Shown here: piece by piece, positions 57,600-64,000 of the stretch
How positions within the stretch are numbered: the first letter of the stretch is position 1
Layout of the letters: each line of letters starts with the position of its first letter
Origin: an uncultured Nitrospirales bacterium
Lineage (GTDB): Bacteria > Hydrogenedentota > Hydrogenedentia > Hydrogenedentales > GCA-2746185
Reading direction: 5' to 3'
DNA length: 64,000 bases
Assembly: GCA_964467615.1 (NCBI GenBank)
Contig: CAYXRK010000004.1
Span: 2,961-66,960 of the forward strand
Program-made: the position numbers and the translations under genes
The notes under the pieces: model-generated
The model's input: the letters and a program-made list of their open reading frames with translations, nothing else
Told to the model about the DNA's origin: nothing
Databases searched by the model: none

Positions 57600-58136
57600 A
57601 TGATTCCAAAAGTTGTTTCCAACTCGTTTTGCGCGCTCGCGTGCGCGATGGGTTTCTCCGCTTACGGTGAAGACGGCGCGAAGGCCGACGCGTCGAAGCG
57701 CGTGCGCGAAGTTTTTACCGCAATCCACGAGCAGGGCCTCGACTTTGTCGATACCGCATACTCCGAAGACGCGACCTTCATCAATCCGCTCGGCGAAGTG
57801 AAGGGGCGCGCAGACCTCCGCGCGTGGTATGAAAACCTGTACTCAAATGTCAGCGAGATCGCGTTCGAAATCCAAGAGGAACACGCGGACGGCGCAGCGT
57901 ACTTCGTGACGTGGGTGATGACGATCAAAGCGCCCAAACTCGAAAGCGGCAAAGTGATTTCCGTTTCCGGCGCATCGTTGTTGCGGTTTGACGACGCCGG
58001 CGAAGTCGTCTTTCAGCGCGACTATTTCGACATGGGTGAGTTTGTGTACGAGCACGTGAGCGTCCTGCGGATGCTCGTGAATCGCGCGAAAAAACGCATC
58101 ACACCGCAAGAGGCAGGGAATAGGCGAGACGATTAG
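57600..58136 (+). CDS. NTF2-like / SnoaL-like domain protein
   Basis: 178 aa; N-terminal signal-like segment; SnoaL-like pattern (VREVFTAIHEQGLDFVDTAYSEDATFINPLGEVKGRADLRAWYENLY). Confidence 0.55.
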   Translation: MIPKVVSNSFCALACAMGFSAYGEDGAKADASKRVREVFTAIHEQGLDFVDTAYSEDATFINPLGEVKGRADLRAWYENLYSNVSEIAFEIQEEHADGAAYFVTWVMTIKAPKLESGKVISVSGASLLRFDDAGEVVFQRDYFDMGEFVYEHVSVLRMLVNRAKKRITPQEAGNRRDD

Positions 58137-59377
58137 AACGCCGCGAACGGAATCGCGGTTACGCCGGGCGCCAACGGCAACGTAATCGTTCCCGGATGTA
58201 CGACGTATCCATGCGCGGCGCGGTCTCCGAGGTCTTCGCGAAACGCCGCGATGCCCTTGGCCATGCCCGGATTTGGCGTTCCCGACAGCTTCACTTCGAT
58301 GGGAACCAGCAAGCCGCGCCACTCGACGACGAAATCGACTTCGGATCCTTGGGTAGTTCTCCAGAAGAATATCTGCGGGTTCTCTCCGCGGTGCAGCAGC
58401 GTCTTGAACAATTCGGAAAGGACCGCGGTCTCGAATATAGCGCCCGCCATCGGGCCTGATGCGGCGTGACTGGGATCGGCTAGTCCGGACAGGTGGCACA
58501 GCGTCCCAACGTCGGTAAAATAAACTTTCGGGATCTTGACCAAGCGTTTACCGACGTTCGCGTGATATGGCCGCACCACGAGGACCTGATACGTGGCCTC
58601 CAACACGGACAGCCACGCTTTGATCGTGTTGAGTGACGTCCCCAAATCGCGGCCGAGGTCCGCCAAGTTGAGCAGTTGGCCGCTCCGCGCCGCGAGCATG
58701 CGCAAGAGGCCTTGAAACAGTGTCAGGTCGCCGACTTGCCGGATCGAACGAACGTCGCGCTCGAGATAAGTCTGAATATAGCTGGCGTGCCACAGCGCGG
58801 AATCTCGCTTGGGACTCGCTGCGAGCTCGGGAAAGTTGCCGCGCAAGAAGCTCTTCCACAATCGTGCGCCTGACAGCGCTGTCAACGATTTGGCGGGCGT
58901 ACGGACTCGGCCGCCGGGTGACCGCTCCCAACACAGCGGTGCGCGCATGCGGCCGAGCATCTCTCTGAACGTCAGCGGCAACAGCCGGAGCATGGCCGCG
59001 CGCCCCGCGAGGGACTCCGTAACGCGTTCGGCCAGGACGATGTTTTGCGATCCCGTGATCAAATACTGGCCGGGCGTGTGACGGTCCTGATCGATTCGCT
59101 CTTTGATGTACATCAACAAGTCCGGCGCATACTGAATCTCATCGAGGATGACCGGCGGCGGATACGCTGCCAAGAACCCCCTCGGATCGGAAGCCGCCGC
59201 GAGTTGCACATCAGGCGTTTCGAGCGAGATGTAGCCGTAGCGGCCCTTGAAGAGAGAACGCAAAAGCGTCGTCTTGCCCGATTGGCGCGGGCCCGTAACG
59301 ACGACGGCGGGAAACTCTTTTGCGGCGCGCGCGACAGCGGTTTCGAGCGCTCGCCGTATGTAACGGTGTTGCGGCAT
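58133..59377 (-). CDS. AAA+ ATPase (AAA_14 + DUF4143 architecture), paralogue of 51907..53085
   Basis: 414 aa; Walker A GPRQSGKTT, Walker B VILDEIQ; C-terminal DUF4143-like region. Confidence 0.8.
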   Translation of the reverse strand: MPQHRYIRRALETAVARAAKEFPAVVVTGPRQSGKTTLLRSLFKGRYGYISLETPDVQLAAASDPRGFLAAYPPPVILDEIQYAPDLLMYIKERIDQDRHTPGQYLITGSQNIVLAERVTESLAGRAAMLRLLPLTFREMLGRMRAPLCWERSPGGRVRTPAKSLTALSGARLWKSFLRGNFPELAASPKRDSALWHASYIQTYLERDVRSIRQVGDLTLFQGLLRMLAARSGQLLNLADLGRDLGTSLNTIKAWLSVLEATYQVLVVRPYHANVGKRLVKIPKVYFTDVGTLCHLSGLADPSHAASGPMAGAIFETAVLSELFKTLLHRGENPQIFFWRTTQGSEVDFVVEWRGLLVPIEVKLSGTPNPGMAKGIAAFREDLGDRAAHGYVVHPGTITLPLAPGVTAIPFAAF

Positions 59378-59397
59378 GGGAGAATATTTGTGTAATT

Positions 59398-59434
59398 ATG
59401 CATTCGGAATGCATAATTACACAAATTCGCCCGG
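59398..59434. promoter_or_regulatory. 37-bp perfect palindrome (18+1+18) operator-like site
   Basis: ttgtgtaattatgcattc-g-gaatgcataattacacaa, 20 nt upstream of the ATPase ATG at 59377. Confidence 0.6.
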
Positions 59435-59449
59435 GCCGCACGCAGGCGA

Positions 59450-60529
59450 TCAGCCGTTTTTCGCCTCGAAATCCCTCATGAACGCGACGAGCGCGTCGAC
59501 CCCCTCGATCGGAAACGCGTTGTAGATGGACGCGCGTATCCCGCCGACGGAGCGATGCCCCTTCAGGCCGCTGAGGCCCGCGGCCTCGGACTCCTTGGCG
59601 AATTTGGATTCGAGTTCCGGCGTGGGCAGGTTGAACGTGACGTTCATCGTCGAGCGATGCGCCGTGTCCGCCGCGCCGCGGTAGAACCCGCTCGCATCGA
59701 TCGCGTCGTACAGCTTCTTCGCCTTCGCATCGTTGATCTCTTGCATCGCGCCCACGCCGCCCTTCGCCTTGACCCAGCGCGTGACGAGACAGACGAGGTA
59801 CACGGCAAACGTCGGCGGTGTGTTGTAGAGGCTCTCGCCCTCGATGTGCGTGCGATACTGCCAATACGCGGGCAGCGTCTTGCTTCCCTTCTCGGCAAAC
59901 GCTTTGTCGATGAACGCGATGGTCACGCCCGAGGGCCCGAGGTTCTTCTGCGCGCCCGCGTAGATGAGGGCGAACTTGGACACATCGATCGGGCGGGACA
60001 AAATGTCCGATGACATATCGCAAACCAAGGGCGCGGCGGACTCGGGGAACGCTTTCCATTGCGCGCCTGAAATAGTCTCATTGCTGGTAATGTGTAGATA
60101 TGCCGCGTCGGATGTTTGTTTGAGATCGGCCTGCGTGGGTACGCGACACGGCCGCGCCTTGTTCGTGTCGGCGGCGACGTTGACCTTTCCGACGCACTTC
60201 GCCTCGCTGATCGCCTTGTCGCCCCAGGCGCCCGAGTTGGTGTAGTCCGCCGTCTGGCCCGCGCCGAGGAAGTTCGCGGGCGCCATCGCGAATTGATGGC
60301 TCGCGCCGCCTTGGAGGAACAGCACCTCGTGGCTATTGGGAGCGCCAAGCAATTCGCGCAGGTTCGCCGTGGCTTCGCGGTGGACCGCCTCGTATTCCTT
60401 GCCGCGATGGCTCATTTCCATGATCGACATGCCGGTGCTCTGGAAATCGAGCAGTTCCGCTTGCGCCTGCTGTAACACTTCTTTTGGCAGGATCGCCGGT
60501 CCGGCGCTGAAATTGTAAATAGGGGCCAT
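59450..60529 (-). CDS. serC: phosphoserine aminotransferase SerC
   Basis: ORF 59450..60559, ATG at 60529 (MAPIYNFSAGPAILP...); class V aminotransferase, PLP-lysine region. Confidence 0.9.
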   Translation of the reverse strand: MAPIYNFSAGPAILPKEVLQQAQAELLDFQSTGMSIMEMSHRGKEYEAVHREATANLRELLGAPNSHEVLFLQGGASHQFAMAPANFLGAGQTADYTNSGAWGDKAISEAKCVGKVNVAADTNKARPCRVPTQADLKQTSDAAYLHITSNETISGAQWKAFPESAAPLVCDMSSDILSRPIDVSKFALIYAGAQKNLGPSGVTIAFIDKAFAEKGSKTLPAYWQYRTHIEGESLYNTPPTFAVYLVCLVTRWVKAKGGVGAMQEINDAKAKKLYDAIDASGFYRGAADTAHRSTMNVTFNLPTPELESKFAKESEAAGLSGLKGHRSVGGIRASIYNAFPIEGVDALVAFMRDFEAKNG

Positions 60530-60683
60530 CGAGGACCTTTCAGGAGTCGCGAGAAACACGTGCCGACGCGACAGCGCCCGGCGGAGCGGACACTATAAGC
60601 AAGCGCCATGCGCATCCGCAATCGCCGTTGACTTCCGAAATCGCGGCTGAGTATGGTCAACGGAACACGAAGGAGATCGTACT

Positions 60684-61058
60684 GTGCAAAAGCAATACCT
60701 CAACCCGATGAAGGAATGGCGGTACACGAACACCGTGACCGCGTCCGCCAATGGCATGAAGACGATTCACGTATCCGGCCAGATTGGCCAGGGCGATTCG
60801 CACCAGACCCAAGCAGAGGACGCGTTCAAGAAGATCGCCGCAGAGTTGGCGGCAGCCGGCGCGACGCACGAGGACGTCGTCAAGCTCAACGTGTACATCG
60901 TGAACTTGTCGCAGGACGCCATCGTGGGCGTGGCCCGCGCCAAAGGGAAGTTCTTCACCGCCGAAGATCAACCGGCTTCGACCTGGGTCGGCGTGACGGG
61001 CCTCGTCGCGCCCGGAGCACTGGTCGAGATCGAAGCGGTGGCGATAGTCGAGGCATGA
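60684..61058 (+). CDS. RidA/YjgF-family reactive-intermediate deaminase
   Basis: 124 aa; GTG start with AAGGAG RBS; RidA-like C-terminus (VGVTGLVAPGALVEIEAVAIV). Confidence 0.8.
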   Translation: MQKQYLNPMKEWRYTNTVTASANGMKTIHVSGQIGQGDSHQTQAEDAFKKIAAELAAAGATHEDVVKLNVYIVNLSQDAIVGVARAKGKFFTAEDQPASTWVGVTGLVAPGALVEIEAVAIVEA

Positions 61059-61125
61059 CGCACCTGGACAGTAGGCGCTTACCGTTGTACGATGTACGGT
61101 GAAGCATGTAAAGGAGAACTCGGCC

Positions 61126-61581
61126 ATGAAGGGAATCGATCTGGAATTTGTCGATCAGTGCATGACTCGGATTACCAAGCTCAAGCCCGACGCGAAACCG
61201 GTGTGGGGCAAACTCAAGGCGAACGAATTGGTCCCGCATTTGATCGGCGCGTTCAAGACGTCGATGGGAGACATGCCCGAGCTCGGGTTTATCGGCAATT
61301 GGTTTACCACGACAGTCCTTCCGCCGATCATTTACCTCGGCTTCGTGGGACCGCCGAAGAACCTCAAGTCGCGCGACAAAAACGGCGCGATCACGCCCGC
61401 TGTGTCATACCCGGGCGACGCCAACGACCTCGCGGCCTGCATGAGGGATTACATCCGGCGGCGCGATGACGGCACGATGAAGGCCACGCGGCATCCGCTC
61501 TTCGGCGACATCGGCCCAGAAGGCTGGGGCAAAATCCACGTATTGCACTGCAAACACCACTTCAAGCAGTTCCAGATATAG
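61126..61581 (+). CDS. DUF1569-family protein
   Basis: ORF 61099..61581; ATG 61126 with AAGGAG RBS; C-terminal HPLFGDIGPEGWGKIHVLHCKHHFKQF typical of DUF1569. Confidence 0.65.
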   Translation: MKGIDLEFVDQCMTRITKLKPDAKPVWGKLKANELVPHLIGAFKTSMGDMPELGFIGNWFTTTVLPPIIYLGFVGPPKNLKSRDKNGAITPAVSYPGDANDLAACMRDYIRRRDDGTMKATRHPLFGDIGPEGWGKIHVLHCKHHFKQFQI

Positions 61582-61601
61582 CGGCCGCTTAGAGCATCGT
61601 A

Positions 61602-61662
61602 GCAGGGGCTGCCAGCCCCTGCGCATGGGCAAGATGCCCATGCTACAATCCGAGGTTTTGTT
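61602..61662. terminator. two consecutive GC hairpins between convergent genes
   Basis: gcaggggctg-c-cagcccctgc (61602-61622) and gcatgggca-aga-tgcccatgc (61623-61643), then gttttgtt. Confidence 0.45.
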
Positions 61663-61670
61663 AAAGGCTA

Positions 61671-62201
61671 TTAGGGGTTGCGAGTCTCGGGGCCGCCATG
61701 GGCCGCGTTCAAGATTCGCAGCCAATCCTTCTCGACGGTTTCGACCGGCACTTCGACAATGCGGCCCAACTCGATTCCGTTTCGGTGAAAGATCGCCGTG
61801 GGGACGAACGTCACGCCGTGGCGCTCGGCCCGGCCTTCGGGGTCGCGTTTTGATCGATCGAGCGCGATGATCTGGAGCGTCCAGTCCTCACGCCCGATCT
61901 CACGCAACGTTCTCAGCAACGGCGGCGCGTAGAGTTTCGAGTCGTCGCACCAAGTCCCGAGATACAACGTGACGTGCAACGGCCCATCAACGCGGCGAAT
62001 CGTCTCCACCGTCTCATCGTCCGGCGCGTACTCTTCAAACGATTCGCGGAACTCGGGATAACGGTCGAACAACAACGCGGGCGAAATTTCGCCCAGCAGC
62101 ATTCGCTCGCCGCCCACAACTGCTTCTCGCCACGGCCTATCCGAGCATGCGACAGCCCCGAGAAGCAACGCGGAATTCGCCAAACGGCCCGCCAATTTCA
62201 T
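61671..62201 (-). CDS. thioredoxin-fold lipoprotein (CxxS-type)
   Basis: ORF 61671..62222; ATG at 62201 overlaps ADH stop (ATGA); lipobox LLLGAVACS; LGTWCDDS thioredoxin-like motif. Confidence 0.55.
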   Translation of the reverse strand: MKLAGRLANSALLLGAVACSDRPWREAVVGGERMLLGEISPALLFDRYPEFRESFEEYAPDDETVETIRRVDGPLHVTLYLGTWCDDSKLYAPPLLRTLREIGREDWTLQIIALDRSKRDPEGRAERHGVTFVPTAIFHRNGIELGRIVEVPVETVEKDWLRILNAAHGGPETRNP

Positions 62202-63247
62202 CGCGATTCTTCCGATTGGCAAAGCACTTTGATCGCATCAACGGACTTGTCTCGTAGCGAATCCATCATCCGAGGCAGGGACCGTAGATCGATCCGGTGC
62301 GTGATGAGGGGCCTTACATCCAACCGCTTCGACGCCATCGCCTCGAGCACCGTCCGCCATTCGTTGCGAGGGCCGTCGCTGAACGACGAATTCCAACTGC
62401 CCACGATGCGCAGTTGTTTCCGCGGAATCGCCCAATAGGCGTCCTGCGCGAGCGTCATGTCGCCCGCGGGATTGCCCAGCGCCACGACCGTGCCCATCGG
62501 CCGCGCGCATTGCAGCGCGAGCGCCAGCGCCGAAGCGGTACCCGCGGCCTCGATCGAGACATCGCAACCGAACTTCGTGAGCGCCGCCACGAACTCCCGG
62601 GCGTCCGCTTCGCGCGGATTGCACATCGCATCGAACCCGAGCATTCGCGCCGTGTCCAGCCGCGCGTCGTCCACGTCGAAAATCAGGACCTTCGCCGCGC
62701 CCTCTGCCCTCGCCCACAACGCCACGAGCAACCCAATCGGCCCCGCACCCACGACCGCCACCGTGTCGCCGGGCTTCATCTCACCTTGGCGCGATGCATG
62801 TAGCGCAACCGCGGCGGGCTCGGTCATCGCGGCTTCGTCCATCGAGACTTCCGGCGGAATGGGAACAAGGTTCCAGACCGGCGCGCGCACGTATTCCGCG
62901 AAGGCGCCGTCCGAGCGCGAACCCAGATAGTCATACCTCGCGCACAGTTGATACTCGCCCTGACGGCACGCGAAACATTCACGGCACGGAATTAGCGGAT
63001 ACGCCGCGACGCGCTGACCGATCATTTCGCGCCCCGATTCTCCGCCCGCTGACACAACCGTTCCCGCGAACTCGTGGCCCGGAATCGTAGGGAACGAATA
63101 CGTCCCCTTCTCGAACACGCGCGGAATGTCCGATCCGCACACGCCGCAAGCACCGACGCGAATCAAGACCTCGTCCTCGCGCGGCTCAGGCGTAGCGGCG
63201 TTCTCGTATCGCAGGTCCCCCACCCCGTGCAGCACGCAAGCTTTCAT
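62198..63247 (-). CDS. Zn-dependent alcohol dehydrogenase (MDR family; threonine/sorbitol dehydrogenase-like)
   Basis: ORF 62198..63343; ATG 63247 (MKACVLHG...); GHEFAGTVV catalytic-Zn and CGVCGSD... structural-Zn motifs; GxGxxG Rossmann VAVVGAGPIG. Confidence 0.85.
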   Translation of the reverse strand: MKACVLHGVGDLRYENAATPEPREDEVLIRVGACGVCGSDIPRVFEKGTYSFPTIPGHEFAGTVVSAGGESGREMIGQRVAAYPLIPCRECFACRQGEYQLCARYDYLGSRSDGAFAEYVRAPVWNLVPIPPEVSMDEAAMTEPAAVALHASRQGEMKPGDTVAVVGAGPIGLLVALWARAEGAAKVLIFDVDDARLDTARMLGFDAMCNPREADAREFVAALTKFGCDVSIEAAGTASALALALQCARPMGTVVALGNPAGDMTLAQDAYWAIPRKQLRIVGSWNSSFSDGPRNEWRTVLEAMASKRLDVRPLITHRIDLRSLPRMMDSLRDKSVDAIKVLCQSEESR

Positions 63248-63399
63248 CGCTGTTTCCAGAGAAACCCACTGCCGTTCCGACCCAGTATAGTACCTTCCGC
63301 GAATGGCGTACCTTGGAAAATCCACGAAATCACCTCGGATCATTGACCTTCTTCGCCCGATCTGGCATCATTGTGTCCGTAAACCACGAGGTACCGAAC

Positions 63400-63879
63400 A
63401 TGGTACGCGCCTTCTGCGGCATCTTAATCATCTTCATCCTTATCGTCGGGACTGGATTTCCCAGCGTCGAAGCAGACCCACCCGGCGTCCCGGAGAACTG
63501 GGTCAAGACCGAAGTGTCCGGCGCGTTCTCCTTCCACGCGCCCACGGGAATTAAGCCCATCTCGGTGCGCGGCACGACTATCGACTCGGGCGTCTTCGAA
63601 GGCCCCACCATGACCGTCATGTACACGCAAATCGGCGGCATGGCCCCGCGCGAACGCGTTGCTGAAAGCTGCGCCTACGAGAATTTTGAAGTCGATGGAC
63701 GCCAAGGCCGCCTCAGCCAATGCTTGCCGACAAACGCCCCCGCGAACGGCGCATCCGTCACCTGGGAATGGATAGACCACGACACCGGCCTCGGCTGGCA
63801 AGTCGGCGGTTGGTGTCAAAATCCAGACGACGCGCAAATCCTGCGCGAAATCATTCGTTCACTGCGCTTCGAGTCCTAA
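63400..63879 (+). CDS. hypothetical secreted/membrane-anchored protein
   Basis: ORF 63313..63879; ATG at 63400 gives MVRAFCGILIIFILIVGTGFPSVEA signal/anchor; no family recognised. Confidence 0.45.
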   Translation: MVRAFCGILIIFILIVGTGFPSVEADPPGVPENWVKTEVSGAFSFHAPTGIKPISVRGTTIDSGVFEGPTMTVMYTQIGGMAPRERVAESCAYENFEVDGRQGRLSQCLPTNAPANGASVTWEWIDHDTGLGWQVGGWCQNPDDAQILREIIRSLRFES

Positions 63880-64000
63880 CGCGCTCTCGACAGTAGTTCG
63901 CCGGTGCGCTCTCGCCCTTGCTGTTCTCCATGACTGCCGCGGGGATTCGGCTACTTTCTAACATTCGTATTTCCGCAATTTTCCACACGACTTCCTCTTT

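Overview
High-GC (~63-66%) bacterial chromosome segment. Gene content (a dcw cluster that stops at murG with no murC-ddl-ftsQAZ, plus a fused alternative-complex-III / caa3 oxidase cluster) is compatible with Planctomycetota-like or related lineages; this is an inference. Main blocks: (1) 1-5181: small hypothetical genes, moaE, and a large YVTN beta-propeller fused to a phosphoesterase. (2) 5178-17490, minus strand: dcw cluster mraZ-(STAS antagonist)-rsmH-ftsL-ftsI-murE-murF-mraY-murD-ftsW-murG, tightly overlapping. (3) 18087-30978, minus strand: actABCDEF(G)-sco-coxII-coxI-coxIII-coxIV respiratory cluster. (4) 31647-33144: scpA, a repeat/hairpin element, a yraN-like nuclease. (5) 33150-40300: two lower-GC (~45-55%) patches flanking the core gene mnmG. 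One encodes a Cys/His-motif protein plus a SUFU-like (immunity-type) protein. The other encodes a dGTPase-family HD hydrolase translationally coupled to a Pol-beta-superfamily (AbiEii-like) nucleotidyltransferase, followed by a lipoprotein and ~700 nt of non-coding DNA; this is the most interesting candidate system. (6) 40305-42320: frameshifted MerR regulator, secreted Cys-rich protein, cupredoxin-like protein. (7) 42732-46821: olsB-olsA ornithine-lipid genes in an apparent operon with a DedA/ATP-grasp fusion and an NRDE/TANGO2 homologue. (8) 46900-63900: mixed accessory/housekeeping genes. These include two paralogous AAA+ ATPases (DUF4143 type) each preceded by a striking palindromic operator, a carotenoid oxygenase, TetR, serC, ridA, a Zn-ADH, and another lower-GC patch with a multi-TM protein. 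No tRNA, rRNA, CRISPR array, integrase or transposase was recognised. Many long ORFs in the six-frame track are antisense or alternate-frame artefacts of high GC and were rejected.
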